Source: Camelus ferus | Lineage: Eukaryota | Direction: 5' to 3' | Assembly (NCBI RefSeq): GCF_009834535.1 | Contig: NC_045712.1 | Coordinates: 10,726,001 to 10,790,000, forward strand | Length of the DNA: 64,000 bases | Made by a program: the position numbers and the translations under genes | The notes under the pieces: model-generated | The model's database searches: none | Seen by the model: the letters and a program-made list of their open reading frames with translations, nothing else | Told to the model about the DNA's origin: nothing | Shown: positions 37,601 to 50,619 of the stretch, piece by piece | Position numbering within the stretch: the stretch's first letter is position 1 | Layout of the letters: every line of letters begins with the position of its first letter

Positions 37601-39069
37601 CTTAACAACAAAATCCATGTTTTTCATCACGATGGCGCTAATTCATTCTAGCTTTGTGTTCGAACCTCATAGGTCTCTTAAAGAAAAACATTTATTGACT
37701 GCCTGAGTGAATGAATGAGTTCTCTCTGCTCTGTCATTATTGAAAATAAATTTCACATCAGCACAAACACTTGTGGAAAACCAAAACATTTATTTTCTTG
37801 TAAGATTAACTTAAAAAAAATAATCTGGGGAAGGGATGGTTGATCAGACTTGTTTCTTCCTAGTCTGAGCTACACAGTGCTGGAGTTCATTAGCTGTAGC
37901 ATTTTGACAGAAATTCCTGCTAGACAACACTTTCTGAATCCATGAGAAACTTATGAGGTAGACAGATAACTGCTCTAAAGACTTTTCTCTCTTAGAAGAA
38001 CTGAGTTAGTTGAATACCAGCTGCAAAACCCAACTCTTTCTCATCTGTGGTGATTATGAAAGAGGGTCTTAAAAGTCCCTTTTAACCCCGAGGTCCTGGG
38101 GTTCTCTCTATGAATGTGCCATGTTCAGGAAAATATCTGATCTTCAACTTTTTCAAGAATCTTCATTTTTCCTTGAGAGGTTCTTAAAATCACTAAAGCC
38201 ACTTTAATCATGTGTCTTGATTTCGCCCTCATCCCAGGTCGTATTGCTGTCCAGCAGAACAGAATAGGGACTGTAAAAGGAGAGTTGATCCATCTTTCAG
38301 TGGTAAATCCTAGATCAAGCAGAAATCCCTTTCTTTTGGGTGTTGTTATTGCTCACTTTGAGGAATTTTCCCATGGAAATAGAATGAGATATAATAGGCA
38401 ATGAGTTTAATAAATATGGAAATAAACATATTGTCTAAGAACTGCAGTCCCTTTTCCATTGTAGTAGAGAACATTTGAGATTGCAGTTCAGCAAATGTTT
38501 ACTTGGTACTTTGCACAGTCAAATCACTACCTGGTTTACTGAGAGAGATAAAATAATGAACATGATATAATCCCCGTCCTCAGAGCTTATAACTTAGCAC
38601 AGGGTTTCTCAACATGGCACTGTCGGCATTTTGGCATGAATTACAGTAAGGAGATATTAACGAACGCAGTGCTCCTCTAGTAGTAAATATGTTACGTGCT
38701 AGAAAAGCAGACTGCACACTGGGGAGAAGGAAAAGAGAAACCCTTAATAAGATTGTAGAAATTCCTGAAAGCAAGGAGCTTAGGCTTTAAAAAGTACATA
38801 TTTTTAATTAATTTTTTTTAAAGGAAAGGCGAGTCATTGAAGATTTGAGATTCTGTGAGCAAAGGGTGGACATGACGACAGATTTAGTTGGAAAAGATGA
38901 ATCCAGCAGTGAAATGCAAGATGCAAGAAAGAAGAAGCAAGCACCTGAAATGCCAGGTAAGCACCACTGCACTTAAACAGAGAAGGGGTAGGTCTTCATT
39001 TGCAGCTGCCTGCTCTAGACCGGGGAAGAAGGGCAGAGCTTAAAGAGATGCTAGGATAATCAAGGAAAC

Positions 39070-39260
39070 AAACATTACTGCCAGTATCCCCATCACACTA
39101 ACTGTAACCCTAACCACACTGGACTGTAATTACCAGCTTACCGGCTCACATGCCTGCCTACTGACTAGGCAGTGAATGCCTTGAGGGCACGGATCATACC
39201 ACATTCATCTCTGAATGGCAGAGTAGCTCAAGACAGGTTTAGCATTTATAAATGAATGAA
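39070..39260 (+). mobile_element. L2 3' end
   Basis: ccacactggactgtaattac...gccttgagggcacggatcat...aaatgaatgaat. Confidence 0.65.
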
Positions 39261-39929
39261 TAAAAAAAGAAAGGAAAAGAGAAAGAAGAAAAAGAGTACC
39301 TATATCGAAGGATTGTGAGGATCACGTGAGAAAGTCCACCCAAGCACTTAGCAGAGTGTCTGGAATTCAGCAAATGTTTGATAAATATTAGCTATTATTA
39401 TTATTAGCAGCAGCATTTTTATTCCTCTAAAGAATAAAATTATTTCTAAAGAGAAGAGATAATTCTTCACAAAGTTAGTGAGGACACCATTGTTCTTCGA
39501 TAGATACTATGCCAAACTCTCAGCTTGCTTCTGTGACTTATCAGAGTTTGAACATAAATTAAATGGTTGAACATATGATTGCACTCATGTTCCCAGAAGT
39601 AGATTATAAGTACATCAATCAAGACAAATTTCCAGGCTCATTTCTGTACAACCTGTCATGCAATTTAAAGCAATGGCTGGGACTCCGCTAGAGGGGCGGG
39701 ACAGCTCTCCAGCCTCCCTTTTTGCACAGGTTGTTGAAACAGCTGTTATGATGCTCTTCTTCAAAAGACTTGCAGCGACTCCCTGTGTATTATTGTCTTT
39801 GTCAAAGCAAACAGAAAATTAAAGGCATTGAATAACATTGCCTGTAGACATTCTAAGCTCCCTGTTTTCCTGTCACGATCACATTTAAGGATAGGATCCA
39901 GTTTGGAAGCATGAGGGAGTGATTCAGAC

Positions 39930-40160
39930 TGTAAGCTCGTGGGTATGTGATAGGGTGATCTGGATTTGAATCTTAACTCCACCGCTTACTGGCAGGATGA
40001 CTTCAGAAAGTTCTTTGCTTCAAGTCTCAGGTTCCTGAGTCATAAAATGGAGCTAATAAAAATCATGACTGGTTATTGTGAATTTTAGATGAAATAAGGT
40101 ACTTAGCATAACACCTAATAAACTTTATACTCAACACATGGCATTTATGACTATTATTTA
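39930..40160 (+). mobile_element. MIR SINE
   Basis: ctggatttgaatcttaactccaccgcttactggc...gtctcaggttcctgagtcataaaatggagctaataa. Confidence 0.75.
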
Positions 40161-41349
40161 TCCATGTGTCCTCCATCCAGCTACAAACGCATCCATGCAA
40201 TTATCTTCATATGCCTTATTTTTAATAGATGCATATAGTTCTGGGATGCATTTTTTTTTTTTTTTACTGATTAGACTATTTCTTCATGGGATCTGCAATA
40301 TATTTCAGAGACGCATGGAGTTAATCGCTGATGATGGGATTGATTAGCATTGCTTCTTGTCTACAAATTCTATTCTAGCACTTTTCAAACTGAGGCAATT
40401 TTATCTTGGTGAGGGTGGAGGTGAGGATGTGGGTTGTGAAATGGGCAGTACTTAAAACCACAAGATAAGTGTGGGGCAGTTTCCTTGAGTGATTGCTTTC
40501 CTTGAAGGTATTTGAAGACAAAGGTTATCTTCTATTTATTCAAAAGCTGTTCATTCAATACTGTGCTGGACATGAAACAGGGACAGTTCCTACCCTAAAG
40601 TGGTGTACAGTCTCTTGTCAGCGATAAACAGTATGTGTAATGGTGGGATAATATATATTGACAAATTGTGATACGTAAAAAATATGAGGTGCTTTAAAGT
40701 CAACAAAGTCCTCACTGAGGAGGTAATTTACCCACTAAAGAATCAATCAAACTGTTTCCATATTAAAGCAAATAAGTATATTTAGTAAAGGGGTAAAGGG
40801 CTAACTTTTGCCAACTTAAGGAAGCACTAGTTCCTGCCAAAAACACTCTTCCTCTTTGTGGGCTGGACCCCGGGGCTGGGGCCCCTGGCTTATTTTGTAC
40901 TTTTAATACGTGATAACTCTATTCATGAATCCGCTTAGAATTCAAATATTAGATGTTGGTCTTGCTTTCACTAAATTGATGGTTTTATTTTAGAAATAAA
41001 TTCAGCTTTTTTTTTTTTTGCATTTGTGGTTAAGAAGGAACACAAAGAATCAGTTATTAGATAAATTTCCTACTGAACATCCCTTATATTCTCAAATTTA
41101 ACAGTCTGTATTTAAAGAGTGACCCTGAAGTTACAGTAGACAATAAGTATAATTTTGTTGAGATAAACCATTTTGATGTTCGTATTTTTACCAATCAGAG
41201 TAAACTTTACATTTTCCCTCCCTAGTTTTAAAGGAATATACATTCTTTTCCAAAATTCAAAGCCAACAGATCATTAGCAAATCTAATGAAAATATATGTA
41301 ACTGCATTAGGCAGAGGTGAATGGCTACATTTGGCTATGTTTTCCCCTG

Positions 41350-41950
41350 ACTTTCTCTCTGACTATTCCTGACACAGCATCCAGGATGATCTTTAAAGAC
41401 GCAAATAATTTCATATAAAACGCTCAAGGGTTTCCACCATACAGAATAAATTCAAGATTCCTAACAATGGCCTTCAAAGATCCACGTCACCTCAAATCTC
41501 CTCCTACCTCTCCAGCCACGTTTTCCATCATCCCCGCTCTCACTTGCCATTTGGTGCCAATCTTTCTGTCCCTCTAGCTCTTCTGCAAACCCATAAATCT
41601 CTTTCAGGATTTCGCTAAACCCTCTGACTGGGTCGTGTTCTCCCAGAATTGACATTCACCAGGCCGCAGTTCAATTGGGCATTCTCAGAATGGCCTTGCT
41701 TGACAACTTACCCAAATTCACACCCACGTGACCTTGCCACTCTCTCCTCACATTCTGCTTAGGATTTCTCCTAGCACATACTACAACCCAAATTCACAGA
41801 ATCGGTTTTGTCTGCTGGGTATTTTTTTTTTCCTTCCCAGTTGATGGTAAGTTCCATGAAGGTTTGGAATTTGTATTTCCAAATGGCTAGAACAGTGCTG
41901 GCACACAGCAGGCGATCAGTATCTATCAACTTAAAGTGGTTGAATACACG
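41350..41950 (+). mobile_element. L2 3' region
   Basis: cagcatccaggatgatctttaaa...cagaataaattcaagattcctaacaatggccttcaaag...ctagaacagtgctggcacacagcaggcgatcag. Confidence 0.75.
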
Positions 41951-41979
41951 TATATACTAACACGTACATAATATAAATA

Positions 41980-42510
41980 ATTCTTGAAAAAAGTCAGATC
42001 ATATCACACACGCTGTCTTGTACCCTTCTTCTCTCTTTAAAACCTAAACACTGAATCATAAACATGCCCCCATGCTTATTAATAAAGAAAATGAACCATT
42101 ATTTTAATGTCTGCCTCATATCCCATAGGAGGGTTGCGTCTTAATTGGTTTAACCAATCCCCTACTGTTGGAAATTTAAGTTGTCTCTCTCTCTCTCTTC
42201 TTTTTTTTTTGTTGGATGGTTGGTTGCTATTAGAAAGGATGCTTAATGAACAACTTTGTATATATAGATATATATATCTTTGCAAATATAGTTATTTCCC
42301 CAGAATGAATTCCAAGGAGTGGAATTTCTGAGTCAACGGGGTAAAAACGTTTACTACTTGTGATGTGTGTATTATAAAATTGTCCCTGAGAAAATTTGTA
42401 ATAACTGATATTTCCCACCAGAGGTACCCATTTCTCTGAACAGCTTCATCAACACTGGTTACAGTTCTTAATGATTTTAGTGAGACATGAATTTTGCTCA
42501 TCTTTTAGGG
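41980..42510 (-). mobile_element. L1ME-type fragment
   Basis: tttaaccaatcccctactgttggaaatttaagttg...gaattccaaggagtggaatttctgagtcaacggg. Confidence 0.7.
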
Positions 42511-44799
42511 GTGCACTGATATTTCTCGGAGGTCCCTAACGAATAGGCTGTACCCACTGCATACGCATCGCTCAGGTAAAGCTAACTCAGAGTGGGGAAT
42601 CTTGCTATTTCAGAACAAGCAATGCATTTATGTTCATCCTCCTGGGATTGTGTATCCCTGTGATTGCACGTTTGTTTGATCCACTTACATTCATGGCAAC
42701 AAAATGGGGAGAGGGGTAACCTTGATGTGGGTGTAGAGAAGAACTCCAAAGTGGTTCTGCACTTTAAGCCATAGGGAAAATCAGATTTGAAAATGATATT
42801 TACAAGCAGCTTTGAAGCCACACGTACATCTGTATACCTTCTGGGTGCTGGGTCTCTGTGTTCTTACTTTAGAAGTGCATCCTTGAAGGAAAATACTTGG
42901 ATACAGGCATTTTCTCCGATTTGAAAAGGTACTTTATAAGATGATGATTAGATTCTACAATAAAGTTCCCCCTAGAATCGCCACAGATTTACCATATTCA
43001 AATAATGTTAGTGAAGTGTCCTTTTTTTTTTTTCTTTTCACATGTAAGGTAATCACTTCTATAGTTACTGATATATTAAAGTATCAGTTTTGGTTGATTC
43101 CATTTTGCAACCAATCCTGAAAATTAAATTCTCCCCAGAAAATTCCTGGCATTAAGTTCTGCTGCAAAACCAGCGCTCGCAATCTTGGCAGTAAAGGGGA
43201 AGTTGTGCACTGATTGCAAGGTCTTTCATTTTAATCTCACGCCCACTAGAGAAGATTGATATAAATAAAATTTAAATAGAAAACACATTTCAGATGCCAG
43301 CAGTGAAAAAGACTTTGTCAGCCTAATGAAAAGGTATCAATTTTCTCTATTTTATTCAATAAATTGTGAGTCATTTTCTAAGTGGATTAGATTAAAGGAA
43401 AATTCAGACTCCCAGAGAGATGCTCTTGGCTCTGGCGGAGATTTTAGACAAGGGAGAAAGAACAGGGCACACGAAACCTCTTAGGTCTCTTCAAATCTAT
43501 AAAAATGGATAGCAAATAGGAGTGAAGTGTCTCTAACTCTGAAGCCACCTATTGCCAAATCCTGGGGAACTGAATGGGAAACATTATTCCTCTTATTCTC
43601 TTAGGATTATTCTCTTATTCTCATAGGTGGTTGATGGCATTACAGCTGAGAACACGGAAATGTTGGGACGAGTGAGGTCTAGATGGAGAGCATGTGGCAC
43701 TCAGTGCTTTATGTGCTGGTCTTACAGATGCTTGATAAAACAAGACCACAGCACGCTACAATGCACTGTGCTCACACAGTCTTTGGGGGAAGACTTTGAT
43801 GCCTTCTGATTTATTATAATTAAGTTAAATTCAGAAAATATAACCTGACTTTCATGTGGGGATGAAATGTATAAACACTGATCACGGAACACTCTTGGAT
43901 CTAATTTTATTTGTGTGTATGTGTTTGAAATGGCAAAATAATGTGACAGTTGGTTATTTTTTGTAATGTGCTAAGAACTGCCCAATATCTTTCTGGTCTA
44001 TGCTTCCACTCACCAATCCTATGAGAAACAGAAAATAATAATCACCTGCTTTCTTTACTTTCTCCTACACAACGCCATAAAACTAGCATGCTTATTTTGA
44101 CGGAATTGCTGGGGTCATTTGGAAGAGTTCAGTTCTGCTTACTAGAAAATATTTATAGGCTATCTGCTCTGTGCTTAGCACCACTCAATACAGGCAGTCT
44201 GAGCTACAAAAAGCATGTCAGAGCTTTCACATGAGTTTTAAAGTAGGTGAGCATGTGAGAGATGATATAAGGTCCTTCTTTTTAAATAATTTCTCTAATA
44301 TCACACAGCTGCACTTAAACAGCCAGAATGAGCCTTTAGAAACTGCCAACATACAAGGGAAATTTCACAATATCGGCACTTTGCAACTAACCTTCATGTC
44401 CATGATAGGATCAGGAAAGCCGGAAAATCAAAGAAAGCCAGGAGTATAAACATAGCAATGATTTCGACGCACCCTGTTGCAAAAAGTTCAGAATCATCAT
44501 TCTACTGCCTCAAGCCACATATCCCCTACACTTCTTGCTAAATTGAAAAACTGTAAGTTTAGCTAAATTGGGGGCAGGATGTAATGCATTGCCAAAGTTC
44601 TACAGCAAAATCTAGAAACTAGAACAGTTTTTTTTTTTTTTTTTCCAATCCGAGGGCTAAGATTCTCTGAGGGAGGTGGCGAGGGTTGTGGTTTAAGGTA
44701 GTTTGAAAGGCTTTCTTTAAGAGCAATAGTGATGTAGTAATTCTGATTCATTTTTATTTTTTGTATTTACCGCCTCTATATGTCAGGTGATTCTAAATT

Positions 44800-45150
44800 T
44801 TCTGATTGTAAAAATGGCCACACATTCATCCTCTCTCTCTACGTCCACCCCTTGGTAACGTCACTTTACCTCTCCTCCCATCAGGAAGTGGAGTCTACGT
44901 CCCCAGTCCTCCTGTCTGGGTTTGGGCGTGTGCTTTGTTTGGCTAATGAGAAGTCAGCAAACATTACGCAAGAAGAGGTTTGAAAGTACTTTTGCTAGGG
45001 GCTTGTTGCACTTTGGAGCCCTGGACTGACCATGATGACAGGTCACGTGGAGCAGAGAGGAGATGTCCTATCTGAGGCCCTCCTGGACTCATGGGGCTGC
45101 CAACCATCAGACACGCAGCGAGGCCATCCTAGACTCCAGCTCTACCACGT
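44800..45150 (+). mobile_element. MLT1F/G-like MaLR LTR
   Basis: gattgtaaaaatggccacac...cccatcaggaagtggagtctac...gaggccatcctagac. Confidence 0.7.
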
Positions 45151-45558
45151 CACTGCTTGCCTGATCCTCAAGGCTCTGACTTCTTGTCTTGAATATTTAT
45201 ATGACAGCCACAACTTCAATGACTTATCATGAAGGAAAGTTCAGGAAAATTGCTTCAATGCTGACATTTATGTCATTAAACCGATGTCAGTAACCCACAC
45301 CTCTGGACTTCCTGTTATCCAAGAAAAGTCAATTCCTATTACTCAAGCTACTACAGTTGAGTGTTCTATTCCTTGCCACCTGACACAATCCTAAGTACAG
45401 CTGAAGGTACACAATAAATACTATGGACTAACTGAATGAAACAGATGAATCCTGTTACTCATATCAAGGCCAGATCACTGCCATTTCTACCCACTTAGTA
45501 CTAAATATTCACAATGGCCAAAGAGTGATTTTTTTTTTTTTGGCATTAAAATTCAGAA

Positions 45559-45814
45559 GTAGGGTGGGAAGGGATCAATTGGGAGTTCGAGATTTGCAGA
45601 TACTACTCTATTTAAAATAAATAAACAACAAGTTTCTACTGTAAAGCACAGGGAACTATATTCAAGATCTCATAATAACCTATCATGAAAAAGAGTTCAA
45701 AAAGGAGTATGTATATGTACATGTATGACTGAAACAGTACGCTGTACTCCAGAAATTGACACAACATTGTAAACTGATGATACTTCAACAAAAAAGAAAA
45801 AGAAAAAAGAAAAA
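45559..45814 (+). mobile_element. 5'-truncated camelid-type L1 3' end with an 11-bp TSD
   Basis: gggtgggaagggatcaattgggagttcgagatttgcagatact...gacacaacattgtaaactga...tacttcaa plus A tail; aaaattcagaa at 45548-45558 and 45815-45825. Confidence 0.9.
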
Positions 45815-47314
45815 AAAATTCAGAAATTCAGCTGACCTATAGACAATCCTGAGATGGCTTTCTGTCCCCATGATATGTCTCTCCAATCTGCATGCACAGT
45901 CACAACGCACCAGATGCGGGAGGCAGAGAACAGGCATAGCTGTATGTAAATCAGGCATTTTTCCCAGAGCATTTCAGTGTCAGCGGTAATGTTGAGTTTT
46001 CTTAATTACAATCCAGATCTGCTCACAATGGAGTAATACTAATTGTTATGGTCTAGAGAAGCTAAATTCAATTTTACTAAACTATTAAGATTCAGTTGGA
46101 TGTACTATTTGGGCAAGAAAAGGAGAGTATATAGAAATTGCTTTCGTGGTGAAGTATTTTCTGAGGTTTGCTGCAGCAAACCTCAGAAATTGGGAGAGGA
46201 ATGAAAATCAGCCATCAACAGAGAAAGGGATACAGGGCAACTAAAGCAAAGGCTTCTAATATTATCTATTGTTGATTTAACACCATTTCCTGTTCTACCT
46301 GTAGCAGGCTGAAATCCATCTCTGCCTGAGTCTGAGCCCTGGGGACAGAGTTTGAAAATCTTTTTGAATCGATACAATTTAGGGAGAAGGCAGGTCTAAA
46401 GAATTTTTCTTCTTACGCTCTGAGTTTCTAGGCTGACTCTAGCCCAAGCACCAAGATCAAAAACCATTTTCATTGTACTTTCTGAGATGACACCTTTTCT
46501 CAAAGTGAAAATAATCACCGGCACAACATGGCTTAACATGAAATTTTGTGCAAACGCATACTGATTTGTGTTACAGGATTTTGTTGGTTCATAAGAGCCC
46601 CTTTCCACAAGAAGAAATACACCAAAATTGCCTCCTTTCAATTATAAATCTTATTATGCAATAACTCTGGTGAATAATCTCTCCCCTCAATTTGAAAAGA
46701 TAAAGCACATACAGTATGTAAATCCATAAAATACATGCATCCTAATATCAATTCATTTCTGAAGTGCCTCAGGCCATGCAATGCAGTTGATACAAAACTC
46801 CGAGGCAATCGTCAGTAATCTTCTAATTAGCCCTTTCCTATTTGTGGTTTAGACCAAGGAGCCCAACATCTTGAAACAAAGAGACAAGTATCAACTCATA
46901 TTATTTGGGAGGTGAGAAAAATTACTGATATTCCGAAATTAGCTGTAGTCTTATCTATATTGATTGCTAAAGTTGTTGCCATGCAAAGATGTAAGAAGCA
47001 GGCTTAGGGGACAAATAAAAATTAAGGTGAAACCAGTATTGTCTTTGTCTGTTATTTGGCCTCCTTCGCAATAATTCAACATCTCCCCTCTCCCCCGATA
47101 ATGATACTTGGGTTTACCTTTAAGGAAACAGCCTTTCAGTCTCTCCATTCATGTGCATGTGACCTATTTCCAACCTCTTTGCATATCCCCTCCTGTGTGC
47201 CTCTGCGATTGGTTCAGATGTGAATGAAACTAGCCAGTGAGTTCTAGAACTTTGACTGGTCCTTTTGGGAGAAAGAAACTCTCTTTCCCATAAAGTTGCT
47301 AAGCTGAAAAGTCA

Positions 47315-47492
47315 TGTATCTGAAGTGTCCAGGACCCGTAATACAATGTAAGTGCTATGTAAATAGTTGTAAATACTACGTCAATTCAAGTTTTGCAATT
47401 GGAAACTTTCTGGAATTCTTTTTCCTGAATATTTTCCATCTGCGGTTGGTTGAATCCACAGACGTGGAACCCCTGGATATGAAGGGCCAAGA
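47315..47492. mobile_element. MER2/MER8-type TcMar-Tigger fragment
   Basis: taatacaatgtaagtgctatgtaaatagttgt...gaatattttccatctgcggttggttgaatccacagacgtggaacccctggatatgaagggcc. Confidence 0.8.
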
Positions 47493-47779
47493 TACATATA
47501 AAGGTACAGACCAATGGCTGATAAAAAGCAAGTCCTCAAAAACCTCAGCCCTTGCTATTATGATACAAGTAAACGTCAGCTGACCTCATACAGTTGTAAT
47601 TCAATTAAACATAAATATACTGCATTCCTGGTACTATACTGGGGCTGAGGACAAATTGAAAAAACCGCAGTTCATGCCATTAAGGAGCTCTCAGTTTAAT
47701 AAAAGATATTATAGCTTAATTGTAATCAATGTCAATGGTCAGTATAGTGATAAATTAATGTAAATAAATTTAAATATTT

Positions 47780-48280
47780 TGAAATCATAACATCTATGGG
47801 GCACTTTCTGCAGGCCAGGCTCTGTGCTCACTGAATCGTGCCGATCCTATAATGTAATTCTTATAATGGTCCTGGGATGTGAGCACTGTTATTATCCCAC
47901 TTTATTTTAATTTCTTCTTCAATTAAAAAATAACTTTAAAAAATTAAAATTTACTCTACTTTTTTGTGGGGGGAGGTAGTTAGGTTTATTTATTTTTAAT
48001 GGGGGTACTGGGGGTTGAACCCAGGACCTCATGCATGCTAAGCATGTGCTCTGTCACTGAGCTATAGCCTTCCCCGACAAAATTACTTTATTATTTTGCC
48101 CTGTTGGTGGGAATGTGAAACGGTGCAGCCATTATGTAAAACAGCATGGTAGTTCCTCAAAAATATTATTATCCCATTTTAGAGAAAAGGAAATTGAATG
48201 AAAGAAAGGTTTACATAACTTTGCCCATGTTCACACAGTAAGGGGCAGAATTGTGAATCAGGGGAAGCAACTTCCTCCAG
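47780..48280 (-). mobile_element. MIR split by a TSD-flanked composite insertion
   Basis: MIR core ttattatcccatttt duplicated at 47889-47903 and 48166-48180 and continuing as agagaaaaggaaattgaat...actttgcccatgttcacacag. Confidence 0.7.
47960..48075 (-). mobile_element. vic-1-type camelid SINE
   Basis: Minus: ggggaaggctatagctcagtgacagagcacatgcttagcatgcatgaggtcctgggttcaacccccagtacccccattaaaaataaataaacctaactacctcccccc. Confidence 0.88.
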
Positions 48281-50299
48281 AGCAAATTAAAGGTTTGTGA
48301 AAATGGTGTCTCAGATTAGTGCTGCAAGATGAATAGTAATTTGCAAAGTAAGCGAAGTAGTGATGGATAATCTCTTGGAGGTCAAGCTGTGCACAACCTA
48401 GATGTGGGAGCTAGAAGGCTGTACTCCAGGAACTATTAGAGATTCCGCATTTCTGGAGCAAAGCACGTGTGCCTGTTTGTGAGTGAATGAGGGAAGGTCA
48501 GGTTACATGTGTTGTAGGTACTGTGGAAAGTGATCAAGGTCTTCTTAATTAAGTAGGCTTCACAAAAATGCAGAGGCTGTGGCAAATCAGAGCTGCCCGG
48601 AGGACAAGGGAAAGGATCACTTTTGATCTGGAGCAAGCTCTCTCTCATCCTAGGGGACACTGTTTCTCTGTCAGATGAATTTCTTCTCCTGGGCCATGGT
48701 GCTGCATTTGGAAAAGTGCAACTGAGTGGATGGCGCTGGGGATGGATTAATTCATTTGGCAGAAGCAAGCAGTCTGTCCACATCGAATATTTCCTTCAGT
48801 TCAGATCTCCATCAGGGGTAGCCTGGAGGGTGTCTGCTCAGCGTCTGTATCACTCCTCCGACTACAGGTCACATGACCACAGGCTTCCACAGCTTTCCCT
48901 GCACCCAGGCTGCAAAACAAACTGGGCATCCTTACTTTCTAGACAAGGAGCCAGGGCAGAAGAAACTGCAGGAACCCGTGACCCAAGGAAAGAGCTCTAC
49001 CTGAATTTTAAGCCATCGGGGACTGCTTTTAGGAATTGCTTCTTTTACTTAAACAGTTTTATATAAAAAGGGAACTTTATTTCCTTGCGATCAGTGATAA
49101 ACCAGTATCATTTGTTCTAAGGTCAAAAATATAAACTTAGAATGAAAAACAAGGTTACTGCATCTAGTTAGATACTGTTGTCCTCCTAAAGTGATGTCCT
49201 CAGTCTGCTTTAAAAAACTGGCAATGAGTAAACTGTAGAGAGGTGTTAAAGACACAATAGCACCAAACTGAGCCATTCTTCTTCAAGATATCAGGCAGAC
49301 AGGAAGAAAGTGAAAAAGGAATATTAATGAATATTAATGAAGTAATGATTTGTTGTTATTTAGTGCCATGTTCCATCATTACCTAAAGTGATCTCATTTA
49401 TCGTCAGTGGTATGACCCCTGCACACTGGACACAATGAAACAAATCTTCTCTCTCTCACTCTCAGGCTCTCCATCTCTTTTATCTTCTAGTAACAGGAGG
49501 GAGAAAGAACTAGGGCTGTCCTTTGATGCCACACAATATCCTGATTGCTTTCAATCCAAGACCACATTTATTTAGATCAAATTCAAGAACTAGACACATT
49601 AATTAGAGAGATAAATAAATGAAGCTTTAAAATAAGAAAGAGCTGCAACATTAGTAGCTTAAGTTTTTCAGCTGGTGTTCCCATCAAAAAAAAAAGTGTA
49701 TGAACCAAGGCTAACATTTCTTGAAGGACAGCTCAGTTTCAGCCTTGTCTCCGTGATGAAAAGCACTGGACGGAGAAGTCATCGGTCTGGTATTTTAAGA
49801 CACATTTCATTGCTGGATTTGGAAGACAGCTTCCAGTACCTGAATGTCCAGGAAAAAATATTAATCAATCAAGTTTTATTAGTGATGACCAATAAAAGAG
49901 AAAAGCTAAATTCAGCCCTAAAATTTCATTATTACGATGGGTTGAGCGACCTCCAATATTCCTTAAAAGACTGATGGCCTTGAATGCTGAGCATTCTGAG
50001 AGAAATGAATTTTGGAGATGAAACAGGAAATAGTATGTCACCGCAGAGATGCACAGAGGCACCCTCTCACGTGAACAGAGAGTGAACAAACTGTATCTGC
50101 CTTTATTGATCGAAGCAAACAATGTGAATTGGATTTTGGAAAGTAATAGCCAGCGTAGCCCGCAAACAATGCTTGGTTTCTACACATTTAGAAACCTCTA
50201 GGCTACTGCGTTCCATGCTGCTCTCAAAGGGGGTGCTGATTTTAAGAGTAGCTCATGTTTACAGCTGAAGAGTTTTCATTAGGAAAGAGAGGGGTTTCA

Positions 50300-50475
50300 C
50301 ATGTGTTGAGCAAACCTTAAGTGCTTTATATACAGAGTATTTCATCTAATGCTTGTAGCAACCCTAAGAAGGTTATTATTATCCACATTTTACAGATAAG
50401 GATGGAAAGGTTCAGATTTTAAGTAATTAGCCCAAGCTAATGAATGGCCAAGAAAGGATACAAACTCAGGCTTTT
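50300..50475 (-). mobile_element. MIR SINE
   Basis: aagtgctttatatac...caaccctaagaaggttattattatccacattttacagataagg. Confidence 0.75.
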
Positions 50476-50619
50476 GTGAGCCCCCAATTTTTACGTTTTT
50501 TTTTTTCTTAAATTCCAGAATGCTTGTTGGAATCACAGGTTTGGTGATGCCAACATCAGTTTGTAACATACCTGTTGTTTTTACAGATCTAGCGCCTGCT
50601 CCCTTGTCTTTTGCTAACA

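Noticed and set aside
48436-49066. Overlapping 115-aa and 147-aa ORFs
   Set aside because: No homology recognised; consistent with chance ORFs in a locally GC-richer intron.
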